Part shown: positions 47,676-56,794 of the stretch, piece after piece
Layout of the letters: every line of letters starts with the position of its first letter
How positions within the stretch are numbered: the stretch's first letter is position 1
Source of the DNA: an uncultured virus (IMG/VR IMGVR_UViG_3300025684_000756)
Taxonomy: Duplodnaviria > Heunggongvirae > Uroviricota > Caudoviricetes
DNA: 64,000 nucleotides
Virus record (IMG/VR): IMGVR_UViG_3300025684_000756
Direction: 5' to 3' (one strand)
Notes under the pieces: generated by a model
The model's input: only the letters and a program-made list of their open reading frames with translations
What the model was told of the DNA's origin: nothing
Database searches by the model: none
Position numbers and translations under genes: made by a program

Positions 47676-47929
47676 ATGAAATTAAATTGGATAAAAGTAT
47701 TGTAGAATTATCTAAAGTTAAGAAATGGTTAAATGCACATTGTGGCAAAAGATGGAAAGCCCGTGATTATAAAGGTCAAGAAATTGATTGGCGAAGAGTA
47801 CATAACCTAAGAAAGAGTTCAGATACATTTAATAACATGTCAATGACTACATATGTTTCTTTTAACAAACGAGAAGATATGTTAGAATTTATTGAAAAAT
47901 GGCCATCAGAAGTCTTGATTAATTCGTAG
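47672..47929 (+). CDS. Small phage hypothetical protein
   Basis: W...C...W...F...ED...F...W pattern shared with 58258-58584. Confidence 0.55.
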   Translation: MNEIKLDKSIVELSKVKKWLNAHCGKRWKARDYKGQEIDWRRVHNLRKSSDTFNNMSMTTYVSFNKREDMLEFIEKWPSEVLINS

Positions 47930-47964
47930 AAAGAGTGTATAATAAATTATGTTGTTGATAAATA
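47915..47964 (+). promoter_or_regulatory. Tandem sigma70-type and late promoters upstream of folE
   Basis: TTGATT-17nt-TATAAT (47915-47943); TAAATA 47959-47964. Confidence 0.55.
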
Positions 47965-48030
47965 ATACTAAGCTACACAAAGGTAGCCTAAAACAAATTA
48001 AAATTAATCCGTGTAAGGAAGGAAAATAAA

Positions 48031-48711
48031 ATGTCTTATAATAAAACTAAAACCGATCCCGTTCTGGGACAATCAATCCACGAATATCTAGTTAAGCAAG
48101 GAGTTGAAACTCCGACTATAGATAACAATCTAAGTCGTACAGACAAGATTGAAATAATTGAAAAACACTTCATTAAAATTATGGAAGCATTAGGACTAGA
48201 TCTAACAGATGATAGTTTAATGGATACACCTAAGCGAGTTGCTAAGATGTATGTAAACGAAATCTTTTGGGGTTTAGACTACGAAGCATTTCCTAAATGT
48301 ACAGCCGTAGACAATAAAATGAAATATGATGAAATGGTTGTAGAACGTAATATTAATGTTCAAAGTAACTGTGAACATCATTTTGTTATTATTGATGGAC
48401 TTGCTACAGTAGGTTATATTCCTAATCAAAAAGTATTAGGGTTATCTAAAATTAATCGTATTGTAGAATACTTTGCTAAACGTCCTCAGATTCAAGAACG
48501 TTTAACAGAACAAGTATTTCATGCTTTACAAGCTATCTTAGAAACTGAAAGTGTTGCGGTAGTTATTGATGCACAACATTATTGTGTTAAGTCTCGTGGT
48601 GTCGAGGATACTGGCAGTTCTACTGTTACTAGTAAACTAGGCGGTGTATTTAAATCCGACCCAGCTGTTAGAACTGAATTTATGAATATCTTTAATAAAC
48701 CCAAGAACTAA
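48031..48711 (+). CDS. folE: GTP cyclohydrolase I
   Basis: TPKRVAKMY, CEHH, GLSK..R, RPQIQERLT, H.C...RG. Confidence 0.96.
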   Translation: MSYNKTKTDPVLGQSIHEYLVKQGVETPTIDNNLSRTDKIEIIEKHFIKIMEALGLDLTDDSLMDTPKRVAKMYVNEIFWGLDYEAFPKCTAVDNKMKYDEMVVERNINVQSNCEHHFVIIDGLATVGYIPNQKVLGLSKINRIVEYFAKRPQIQERLTEQVFHALQAILETESVAVVIDAQHYCVKSRGVEDTGSSTVTSKLGGVFKSDPAVRTEFMNIFNKPKN

Positions 48712-49103
48712 TGACTAAAATATTTGAAAGTCCTGATAAAGGAAAAACAGTATATTCTAGAAAATTTGGAGAACAGGATATGTCTAAACGTAAACTTGAG
48801 GTGTCATCTACTGTAACATTTGACGATACAGGTTCCAATGAAACAATTGGTACAGTACCTGTGCTCACAACAACGGAAGACATTGGCTGGAATAATAGTC
48901 ATGCATTTGCTCCTGTATATAACGAAAGTAGCGAAGCTATTAACAAGATTAACAAATCGTTAGATGCTATTAATAAACGCCTTGCTATTCTAGAACCCAA
49001 CTTAGAATTAAATGAAAAGTTTGAAGGACTAAAACAATTATACCAAGAGTACAAAGCAATGGAAAAACTACTATCAGGACCTACTAACAACGAAGAGGAA
49101 TAA
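48711..49103 (+). CDS. Hypothetical protein
   Basis: IFESPD.GKTVY.R; C-terminal coiled coil. Confidence 0.6.
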   Translation: MTKIFESPDKGKTVYSRKFGEQDMSKRKLEVSSTVTFDDTGSNETIGTVPVLTTTEDIGWNNSHAFAPVYNESSEAINKINKSLDAINKRLAILEPNLELNEKFEGLKQLYQEYKAMEKLLSGPTNNEEE

Positions 49104-49107
49104 ACAT

Positions 49108-49656
49108 ATGCAGAAGATGTTTCTAGACCAAGTACAAGTTGATAATGCAATACAGGATATTGTAAGTCAAATGTATAAAGACCAATGGAGACCAGACTAT
49201 ATAGTTGGCATTACAAGAGGTGGGTTATATCCTGCTCTTATAATGAGTCATCAATACGAATTGCTTATGCATACTTTAGATGTTAGATTACGAGACGGTA
49301 CATCTACTAATGAAAGCAACTGTTGGATGGCTGAGGATGCATTTGGTTATATACCTGAATCAGCACAACCTATCTTCAAGTCAAGGTGGGATCCTAGTAG
49401 AAGAAAGAAGATTCTTATTGTAGATGATATCAATGATACTGGTGCAACATTTGAATGGATTAAAGCTGACTGGAGAGCTGGCTGTATGCCTCAAGAACAT
49501 GATTGTTGGAATGCTATATTCGGTAATAATGGTAATGTAAGGTTTGCTTCGATAGTAAACAATTTGAGTAGTGATATCAATATTAACTATACTTCAATTG
49601 AAATTAATAAAGCAGAGAAAGACCATTGGATTGTCTTTCCATGGGAGACAAAATAA
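49108..49656 (+). CDS. Purine phosphoribosyltransferase (Gpt-like)
   Basis: GITRGG, ILIVDDINDTGAT, WIVFPWE. Confidence 0.88.
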   Translation: MQKMFLDQVQVDNAIQDIVSQMYKDQWRPDYIVGITRGGLYPALIMSHQYELLMHTLDVRLRDGTSTNESNCWMAEDAFGYIPESAQPIFKSRWDPSRRKKILIVDDINDTGATFEWIKADWRAGCMPQEHDCWNAIFGNNGNVRFASIVNNLSSDININYTSIEINKAEKDHWIVFPWETK

Positions 49657-49983
49657 GTGCCACATTACGTTGTTGACGCATGTATTAAATGCAAGTATAC
49701 AGATTGTGTAGAAGTATGCCCTGTAGATTGTTTCTACGAAGGTCCAAATATGTTAGTAATCAACCCTGATGAATGTATTGATTGCGGAGTGTGTATTCCG
49801 GAATGTCCGGTTGATGCAATTATTGACGATTATCAAATGAAGGATTATCCTGACAAAGATTGGATTAAGATTAACCATGAGATGTCAGAGCAATGGCCTA
49901 ACATTACAGATCAAAAAGATCCTTTGCCTGAGGCAGAAGAATTTAAAGACACAAAAGATAAAAAGAGTTTAATGGAGAAATGA
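49657..49983 (+). CDS. fdxA: 7Fe ferredoxin
   Basis: [18 protein letters not shown]...CIDCGVC.PECP; GTG start. Confidence 0.92.
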   Translation: MPHYVVDACIKCKYTDCVEVCPVDCFYEGPNMLVINPDECIDCGVCIPECPVDAIIDDYQMKDYPDKDWIKINHEMSEQWPNITDQKDPLPEAEEFKDTKDKKSLMEK

Positions 49984-50742
49984 TTGGCTATTAACTATAA
50001 CGAGTTAAGAGATTTAATAGATTTAAGTAAATGTCCTCACCTCATTGAAAAATACAAAGGTGTTGTTTCTTTGCCTCTTGACTTAGAACCATTTGTGTTT
50101 GATAACGAAACTGCTTTTTGGGATCTATGGACAAATGAGAATCATGTTGTTTGGAGAAATCATATTGATAGAGGATCTAGTAATTTAACTAGCCCAGAAC
50201 TATCACATACACAATGGCATGGGTTAGCACTACATGAGGACATGGAACTGTACGAACATGGATCTTGGGGTACTAAAATTACCGAAGAGGCTAGAAAAAT
50301 AAGTCCTATTATGGTACAAAGAATGTTCGACGAACTGCCATTTGTTAGAATAAGAAGTATTAGGCTTTGGTCTGCACATAAACAAATACCAGCACACTAT
50401 GATGGTAACATGCCAGACAGTTTAGATGGTAAAATGTTCTTTCCTACAGAAATTCGTATTATGTTACAAGATGATAATCCAAAACCTACATTCTGGCTTA
50501 CTTCTGCTAAAGAGCATAAACCTAATACCGAAGTACCAGCAGATCAAAAGCATTATGTTGTACTACCAGAAGGTACCAATACATTTGCATGGAATAATGA
50601 AGATTACTTGCATGGTGCAGATTTTGATGGATCAAACCGTAAAGTATTGGCAGTAATCAAAGGTTGGGTAGACTTAACAAAATTAGAAACCTTACTTGAT
50701 AAAAGTATTGCAAAGTACCCAGACTTTGTAGTTAAGATTTAG
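49984..50742 (+). CDS. 2OG-Fe(II)/Asp-hydroxylase-like protein
   Basis: IPAHYD...F.WNN...LHGA. Confidence 0.55.
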   Translation: MAINYNELRDLIDLSKCPHLIEKYKGVVSLPLDLEPFVFDNETAFWDLWTNENHVVWRNHIDRGSSNLTSPELSHTQWHGLALHEDMELYEHGSWGTKITEEARKISPIMVQRMFDELPFVRIRSIRLWSAHKQIPAHYDGNMPDSLDGKMFFPTEIRIMLQDDNPKPTFWLTSAKEHKPNTEVPADQKHYVVLPEGTNTFAWNNEDYLHGADFDGSNRKVLAVIKGWVDLTKLETLLDKSIAKYPDFVVKI

Positions 50743-50743
50743 G

Positions 50744-50772
50744 TTGACTTTACAGTTTAAATCTAGTATAAT
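50744..50772 (+). promoter_or_regulatory. Sigma70-type promoter
   Basis: AGG-TTGACT-17nt-TATAAT. Confidence 0.8.
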
Positions 50773-50793
50773 ACGTTATAACAAGGAGAGCAT

Positions 50794-51681
50794 ATGAAAT
50801 ACTATTATAGTGAGATATTTCACAGTATACAAGGTGAAGGACATTATACTGGTGTTCCTACTGCTTGGATACGTTTCTTTTTATGTAACTTACAATGCAA
50901 TGGATTTGGTCAGATAGATCCTACAAACCCTAGCACATATGAGTTGCCTTTTGAGGACTTTGATGTATCTAGTGTAGACAGAGTTGAAGACTTACCTGTA
51001 TGGGACAAAGGTTGCGACAGTAGTTATACTTGGGCAAAGAAGTTTAAAAGCCTAATGGGACATGAAGAGCCTGATGTATTAGCAAATAAAATTATTGATA
51101 TTATTAGAACAGATAGTAATCCAGAAGGACGATTCCTACATCCAGTTTCTCAATATAGACAACATTTATGTATTACAGGTGGTGAACCACTTATGATTAC
51201 TGGACAACGTGCAGTTATTGGAATATACAATGAACTGCATAGACAAAGTAACTTACCAGGTAGTATGACATTTGAAACTAATGGTACACAGAAACTAAGT
51301 GACGATTTTAAGAATTGGGTAGAGTCAATTGATACTGAAATATTTTTTAGTGTCAGTCCAAAACTATGGACAGTAGCAGGTGAGAAGCCCGAGAAGGCTA
51401 TTAAGCCAGACAATGTAGCAGAGTATTATAATTTATCTAAAGCAGGTCAATTAAAGTTTGTAGTAGGTAATAAGGAGGAACATTGGCAAGAAATGGAAAG
51501 TGTAATTGCACAATTTAGAAAAGCAGGAGTAAAATGGCCAGTTTGGGTTATGCCTGTTGGTGCAAGAGAAGAAGAACAAACTGCAACGGCAGGTGCTATT
51601 GCAGAAAGAGCATTCAAACGAGGATATAATGTGGCGGCAAGAGTGCATGTTTACTTGTTTGGAAATGCTATAGGAACATAA
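50794..51681 (+). CDS. queE: 7-carboxy-7-deazaguanine synthase
   Basis: EIF.SIQGEG..TG.P...IR...CNLQC(insert)CDS, TGGEP, ETNGT, SVSPKL, KFVV, R.H. Confidence 0.9.
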   Translation: MKYYYSEIFHSIQGEGHYTGVPTAWIRFFLCNLQCNGFGQIDPTNPSTYELPFEDFDVSSVDRVEDLPVWDKGCDSSYTWAKKFKSLMGHEEPDVLANKIIDIIRTDSNPEGRFLHPVSQYRQHLCITGGEPLMITGQRAVIGIYNELHRQSNLPGSMTFETNGTQKLSDDFKNWVESIDTEIFFSVSPKLWTVAGEKPEKAIKPDNVAEYYNLSKAGQLKFVVGNKEEHWQEMESVIAQFRKAGVKWPVWVMPVGAREEEQTATAGAIAERAFKRGYNVAARVHVYLFGNAIGT

Positions 51682-51735
51682 ATAACGTTGCTTACAGAAG
51701 GCAGTTTTACACAAAATAGAAAAGGATTTCTAACT

Positions 51736-52011
51736 ATGAATACAATTAAGGTTATTCCAGTGCTTTTTTCTACATTAGCAGTACTAGGTGCATGTTCACC
51801 TGGTCACATAGCGGCCAATAAAAACGGCAAAGCAGAATATGTTTGGGTTGGATGTCAAAAGGTTGTAAAGAATCCTAGTCCGTCAGGAGCATATGCTATT
51901 AGCCCTGACCCACTTCAGGATTTGGCTATTGGTGACAACTTTTACTTTAAACAAGTCGGTAATGACGGAACTGTTGGTCCAGTCGAAACTGGAGAACCTT
52001 GCAAACACTAA
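51736..52011 (+). CDS. Lipoprotein
   Basis: Signal peptide with LGAC lipobox. Confidence 0.65.
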   Translation: MNTIKVIPVLFSTLAVLGACSPGHIAANKNGKAEYVWVGCQKVVKNPSPSGAYAISPDPLQDLAIGDNFYFKQVGNDGTVGPVETGEPCKH

Positions 52012-52040
52012 ATTTTCTGATAATCCAAGGAGATAGAGAA

Positions 52041-52232
52041 ATGCAAGTTAAAGGTAAACTAGACGAACTAATGGAAGACAATGACTGGGCTCTTATATTT
52101 GGAGAGGACGGTCGTGTAAAAGGAATTTTTATTCCGCAAGGTAAACAAGAATCAGACGTGCCACAAGAAATGGAAAACTTACTCCGTGTAATGGGCATAA
52201 ATTTATATGAGGACGGAGCATCCGTCCATTAA
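52041..52232 (+). CDS. Hypothetical protein
   Basis: SD AAGGAG. Confidence 0.55.
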   Translation: MQVKGKLDELMEDNDWALIFGEDGRVKGIFIPQGKQESDVPQEMENLLRVMGINLYEDGASVH

Positions 52233-52241
52233 TTAGGAATA

Positions 52242-52271
52242 GCTAAACCCCTTTGGGGTTTGGCGTTTCTT
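52242..52271 (+). terminator. Intrinsic terminator
   Basis: GCTAAACCCC-TTT-GGGGTTTGGC then GTTTCTT. Confidence 0.7.
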
Positions 52272-52285
52272 ACTTAGGAGTGTTA

Positions 52286-52477
52286 ATGTCGAGACATTTT
52301 ATTGAAACTAATCCATGTGAAGGTATATGTGTAGCAGGGTACGGTCCAGAAGGTCAATATTGTATTGGCTGTTATCGTACTGATGAAGAACGTATAAATT
52401 GGAGAAATTACTCTGATGAAGAACGAAACGACATTATAGCACAAATTGTAATACGAGAGGAACAAAATGATGCTTGA
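52286..52477 (+). CDS. DUF1289-like Fe-S/Zn protein
   Basis: PC.GIC...C.GC.RT.EE...W. Confidence 0.8.
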   Translation: MSRHFIETNPCEGICVAGYGPEGQYCIGCYRTDEERINWRNYSDEERNDIIAQIVIREEQNDA

Positions 52478-52808
52478 TTGGCTTAAAAAGAAACTCAGTA
52501 AAGAAGTAAAGCATGATCCAACAATGGCTGAGAAAATGCAAAATAGCAAAGAACCTTGGGTTAATGTTATTACTTGTGATGTTAATAAGGATAATCCAAA
52601 AGAAGGATACTTTGAATTAGAATGGAATCCTGCATTTGTTAAGCATTTAATTAAAGCAAATTACTATGGGCCTACACCTGAAGCAGTAGTTGATCAATGG
52701 TTTACAGAACTATGTACAAACGTTAGTTTAGATGGACAAGCACAACAAAGTGCTATTGCTGATGGTAACCGAGTTCGAACTAACGAGAAAACGTTAAATC
52801 AGGCATGA
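52467..52808 (+). CDS. Phage hypothetical protein
   Basis: EPWV.V...GYFELEWN..F...VVDQWF. Confidence 0.6.
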   Translation: MMLDWLKKKLSKEVKHDPTMAEKMQNSKEPWVNVITCDVNKDNPKEGYFELEWNPAFVKHLIKANYYGPTPEAVVDQWFTELCTNVSLDGQAQQSAIADGNRVRTNEKTLNQA

Positions 52809-53071
52809 ACTGGTTATTAGTATTAGTTGCAATAAATCTGTATCCAGATGGTTCGGCAGAACATTATATATTGACAAGTCCAACATTTAATAGTTTAGAA
52901 CAATGCCAGCAAGAAGCAATAGTAAATCGTGAAAAAGTAGAGCAGTTAGCAATGGACTATCTTGGCGGCCCTGCTAAAATCTATTGTTTTGATCAAGATA
53001 ATCTTAAAGAATACATAGATCAAAATGCAGTAGGCAAACCTACTACCCCGTCAAAGAAGCATCCAATTTAA
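52805..53071 (+). CDS. Exported hypothetical protein
   Basis: Hydrophobic N-terminus, F.SLEQC. Confidence 0.55.
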   Translation: MNWLLVLVAINLYPDGSAEHYILTSPTFNSLEQCQQEAIVNREKVEQLAMDYLGGPAKIYCFDQDNLKEYIDQNAVGKPTTPSKKHPI

Positions 53072-53178
53072 TGTCTAAGAAAAAGAAAACACATGAATTG
53101 TCTGCATATGATAAACTTTGGTTAAAAGCAATGAATAGTTGTTTAGATCATGAAGGTAAAGTAATTCCATATTTTTGG

Positions 53179-53207
53179 TTGACAAATAAAAAATAGTGTG
53201 CTATATT
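53179..53207 (+). promoter_or_regulatory. Sigma70-type promoter
   Basis: GG-TTGACA-17nt-TATATT with TG extension. Confidence 0.75.
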
Positions 53208-53237
53208 ATAAAAACAATAAAACTTTAGGAGAAGTTT

Positions 53238-54221
53238 ATGTCATTTCTATTAGTTGACGCCGCTAACTTGTTTTTCCGTGCTAGGCATGTAATACGCCAT
53301 GGTACATCAGAAGAACGTGTTGCAATGAGTTATCACATTATATTTGCTAGTATCTTAAAGCAATGGCGTGAGCAAAAAGCTACTCATGTTGTATGTTGCT
53401 TTGAAGGACGTAGTTGGCGTAAGAATGTATATCCTCCTTATAAGGCACAAAGATCAGATGCTCGTGCAAAACTTACAGTTAAAGAGCAAGAAGAAGAAAA
53501 AATCTTTTGGGAAAGTTTTGACGTATTTAAAGAGTACCTAACTAAACGTACTAATGTAACAGTACTACAGAATCCTGGTGTTGAAGCAGATGATTTAATT
53601 GCACGTTGGATTGATTTACACCCTAACGATAGACATGTAATTGTATCTAGTGACAAAGACTTTGAACAATTGATTGCTTCTAATGTTGATTTGTACAATG
53701 GTATAACTGGTATTAAGACTACTATTGATGGCTACTTTGATGATAAAGGCAAACCTGTTAAGGACAAGAAAACAAAAGAAGTAAAAGCGGCTCCTAATCC
53801 AGACTTTATGTTATTTGAAAAATGTATGAGAGGCGATGTGTCTGATAATATTTTTAGTGCATATCCTGGTGTTCGTACTAAAGGTACTAAGAATAAAGTA
53901 GGTCTACAAGAGGCATTTGCAGACAGAGATAACAAAGGGTTTATGTGGAATAATCTAATGCTACAACGTTGGACTGATCACGAAGGCGTAGAACATTTAG
54001 TTAGAGATGATTATGAACGTAATGTTAGCATTATAGATCTACATGCACAACCTGAAGATATTATTAAAGAACTAGATGCTACTATTGGAGAAGCAGTACA
54101 AGTACCTAAGAAAACAGGAGTTGGTATACATTTTATGAAGTTCTGTGGTAAACACGATATGCAAAAGGCTGTAGATCAAGCTCAACATCATTCTGAATGG
54201 TTAAGTTCCGTATATGGGTAG
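53238..54221 (+). CDS. rnh: RNase H / 5'-3' exonuclease (T4 Rnh/FEN family)
   Basis: LVD..NL.FR, WRK..YP.YK..R, EADD.IA, SSDKDF.QL, GD.SDNI. Confidence 0.9.
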   Translation: MSFLLVDAANLFFRARHVIRHGTSEERVAMSYHIIFASILKQWREQKATHVVCCFEGRSWRKNVYPPYKAQRSDARAKLTVKEQEEEKIFWESFDVFKEYLTKRTNVTVLQNPGVEADDLIARWIDLHPNDRHVIVSSDKDFEQLIASNVDLYNGITGIKTTIDGYFDDKGKPVKDKKTKEVKAAPNPDFMLFEKCMRGDVSDNIFSAYPGVRTKGTKNKVGLQEAFADRDNKGFMWNNLMLQRWTDHEGVEHLVRDDYERNVSIIDLHAQPEDIIKELDATIGEAVQVPKKTGVGIHFMKFCGKHDMQKAVDQAQHHSEWLSSVYG

Positions 54222-54277
54222 GTTAAAAGTATACTTAACGGTATTTTGATGATAAATACAGTTGAAGGAATAAATTT

Positions 54278-54580
54278 ATGAGCAGACCTAAACCTACAGT
54301 AATATTAACACATACAGATCAAACAACATATAAGTCGGAAGAGGTACTTAGTGCCGATGCAATATATGCTGTTTTTCACAAAGACAAGCCTATTAATCTT
54401 CGTACTTTGAACTCGCTTGTATCTTATCCTGGACCTAAATATAAGAAAGTATCCTTTTCTAATCCAGGACATGCATTTAACTTGTCAGATCGATTAAACA
54501 AATTATTTAGAACAAACGATTTTTCTGTTGTTGAATTAAAAAACGGCAGGAAGATTGTTGAGCATGGATCTAGCAAATAA
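54278..54580 (+). CDS. Basic phage hypothetical protein
   Basis: MSRPKP...KYKKVSFSNPGHA; TAAATA 54253-54258 upstream. Confidence 0.65.
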   Translation: MSRPKPTVILTHTDQTTYKSEEVLSADAIYAVFHKDKPINLRTLNSLVSYPGPKYKKVSFSNPGHAFNLSDRLNKLFRTNDFSVVELKNGRKIVEHGSSK

Positions 54581-54944
54581 ACTAGTTAAACATTACATAG
54601 ACAAAAAGCCGAGACAAGGTATGTGGGAAACCACAGAAGTTACTCCTTATAGTATGTTTAAAAACTATACTGAAGGTAAGGAGAAAGGTCTAAGACTTAC
54701 TAGCTTTGGCTGGAATCTTATGCGGAAAGATTGGACTCATTACTCTCATCAATTACCAACTGGATTCCGTTTAAATGCTGGACACTTAATAGGATTGCAA
54801 AATCATTGCGATTGGCCTTACTATATAGGTGCAGGGTATTTGAGGCTGTTCGGAGAAGCAGATAACATAGAAGTACGACTTGTAAACAACGATATTATGC
54901 TATGGCTTAATAGTTTAAGCACGTTAGGCCAAGGTAAATTTTAG
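54564..54944 (+). CDS. Hypothetical protein
   Basis: GLRLT..G, PYYI. Confidence 0.6.
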   Translation: MDLANKLVKHYIDKKPRQGMWETTEVTPYSMFKNYTEGKEKGLRLTSFGWNLMRKDWTHYSHQLPTGFRLNAGHLIGLQNHCDWPYYIGAGYLRLFGEADNIEVRLVNNDIMLWLNSLSTLGQGKF

Positions 54945-54959
54945 AATATAAATATAAAC

Positions 54960-55547
54960 ATGAAAGACGTATTATTTAAAATCTTACCCGACTTACCTCA
55001 CCCACCAAATTGGATGGTCGACAATATTGATTTAAGATATCGACCTAAAATGGAAAAATTTAAAACAGAAGATCAAGAGTTCCTAAGAATAGACACATTA
55101 GACCAATGGAAAGACCAAGAGTATAACTGGATAAAGCCAATGTCCTCTAACGGAAATCTTCGTTATCGTTTTAATCAAAAAGACGAAGATTGGGTTACAG
55201 AAAACATTACAACTAAATTTGAAGCTAATAACTCTGGTGTTATGTTCTTTGATACACCTCAATTACCTCACACAGATACAACTAGGCAATATGTACTATT
55301 ATATAATATAGAAACAGGAGGCCCAGATGCTACCTTGAGCTTTTGGCGTGAAAAAGGTAAGGATGTTAATAGAGAACGTAATCTTGCAGTAGATAGAGGA
55401 GAACACTTAGAACTAATAAAGCAAATTCACGGCCCGGAAAATTGCTGGTATCTGTTTAATACTCAGGTATTACATAGTGTTGAAGGCATGGAAGGTAGAA
55501 GAACTAACCTTCAAATTAGTTTTAATGAAGAACCAGATTTCAGGTAA
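54960..55547 (+). CDS. 2OG-Fe(II)-like protein (late, leaderless)
   Basis: PHTD...LHSV...RR.LQI; TATAAATA 54947-54954. Confidence 0.6.
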   Translation: MKDVLFKILPDLPHPPNWMVDNIDLRYRPKMEKFKTEDQEFLRIDTLDQWKDQEYNWIKPMSSNGNLRYRFNQKDEDWVTENITTKFEANNSGVMFFDTPQLPHTDTTRQYVLLYNIETGGPDATLSFWREKGKDVNRERNLAVDRGEHLELIKQIHGPENCWYLFNTQVLHSVEGMEGRRTNLQISFNEEPDFR

Positions 55548-55555
55548 ATACATAC

Positions 55556-55987
55556 ATGAAAGACTGGAACCCCTATATTAAGGCCGGTTGGGAATTGGTT
55601 ACAGAAGCAACTTCGGTTACTCCTATATACCTAGATCCAGAAATTGAACATTTCCTAGTTTTCACAATCGCAAGAACAATCGAACGTAATGACATAGGTA
55701 GCGAATCTGTTGCTATTAAAATACTAGAAGCACGTTCTATTCCTAGAGGTAGATCCAGACAACCAATTCTCCGAGCTATTGGTGAAGAATGTTTGTTTAT
55801 AGATGCATGGGATATTAAAAAACGTAAATGGCCTAGTATGACATACTATAGTCAAATGGGTCAAATTGCTTTTATGCAGTCTTCTTTGTCTACTAGACCA
55901 AACAACGAACTATTAGAAAAGGCTAGTAATAGTTTTACTATGCTTTCTAAGGTACTTAAATCAGTTCGTGACCTAGCAAAATTCTAG
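55556..55987 (+). CDS. Hypothetical protein (late, leaderless)
   Basis: TAAATA 55545-55550 then 5 nt then ATG. Confidence 0.6.
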   Translation: MKDWNPYIKAGWELVTEATSVTPIYLDPEIEHFLVFTIARTIERNDIGSESVAIKILEARSIPRGRSRQPILRAIGEECLFIDAWDIKKRKWPSMTYYSQMGQIAFMQSSLSTRPNNELLEKASNSFTMLSKVLKSVRDLAKF

Positions 55988-56070
55988 TCCAAGATTCGGT
56001 AACTTCTCCCATATACAGTAAATATAGGTGTTACGGTAGAGCCGTAACTAAATATTTTTAGGAGATTAAA

Positions 56071-56553
56071 ATGATTGACCCAAGAATAGAAATATATGAC
56101 ATGATTTGGGATATTAGCAACAAGTTAAATGAGCTAACAATGAAGTTGTCAGAAATACCACATGAAATCGAAGAGTACGAAATGAACTTCCACGGACCAT
56201 GTGAGGGTGATTATATGCACCCAGACACACCAACACACGCCAAGCCAGACGGTTTTGGTGAAGATGCTTATTGGGACGCCCCAATGCAAGTTTGGATGGA
56301 ACCATCACAATGGGAGTGGGACGAGCATGATATGTTCGGAAATGCCGCTACAGACTATTGCTATGATAGCGATACTGAAGAATGGGCATACTCCGATGAG
56401 CCAGATTGGTCTAATGAGTACACATGGGAAATGGATTACGGTATGGAGTACGATAGTATCTCCGGTGATGACATGCCTCCTATGGAAGAAGGAATGGATG
56501 GTCCAATGGATGCAAACATTGAAGCACCAAAAGAAGAAAACAAAGAAACGTAG
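56071..56553 (+). CDS. Very acidic Trp/Tyr/Met-rich protein
   Basis: SD AGGAG; TAAATA 56019-56024 and 5' hairpin 56030-56048. Confidence 0.65.
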   Translation: MIDPRIEIYDMIWDISNKLNELTMKLSEIPHEIEEYEMNFHGPCEGDYMHPDTPTHAKPDGFGEDAYWDAPMQVWMEPSQWEWDEHDMFGNAATDYCYDSDTEEWAYSDEPDWSNEYTWEMDYGMEYDSISGDDMPPMEEGMDGPMDANIEAPKEENKET

Positions 56554-56558
56554 TAACG

Positions 56559-56586
56559 AGTCCGCTTTTATAAGGGGGCTTTTTTT
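56559..56586 (+). terminator. Intrinsic terminator
   Basis: AGTCCGCTT-TTAT-AAGGGGGCT then T-run. Confidence 0.6.
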
Positions 56587-56612
56587 ATATCTCCTAGTTT
56601 TGGCGAGTAAAT

Positions 56613-56645
56613 AAACCTGTATACATTATAGTATACAGGTTTTTT
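56613..56645 (+). terminator. Intrinsic terminator (second in tandem)
   Basis: AAACCTGTATAC-ATTATA-GTATACAGGTTT perfect 12-bp stem, T-run. Confidence 0.75.
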
Positions 56646-56708
56646 CTTGGCTAAGTTACTGTAATCATTGCAAGACCAAAAAAAGTTTAAAAAAGAACCA
56701 GAAAAAGG

Positions 56709-56737
56709 TTGACCTTTTAGGACCTATGTGTTATATT
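56709..56737 (+). promoter_or_regulatory. Early promoter
   Basis: AAAAAGG-TTGACC-17nt-TATATT, A-tract UP element. Confidence 0.8.
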
Positions 56738-56794
56738 ATATACATAATGCAGTTGCGAATGGCGTAATTGGTTATTAAATTAAAGGAGATTAAA

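Noticed and set aside
47965..48010. Possible preQ1-I riboswitch upstream of folE (CTAAGCTACAC plus A-rich tail)
   Set aside because: No complementary P1 stem flanks the loop-like sequence; only a small GCTAC/GTAGC hairpin is present.
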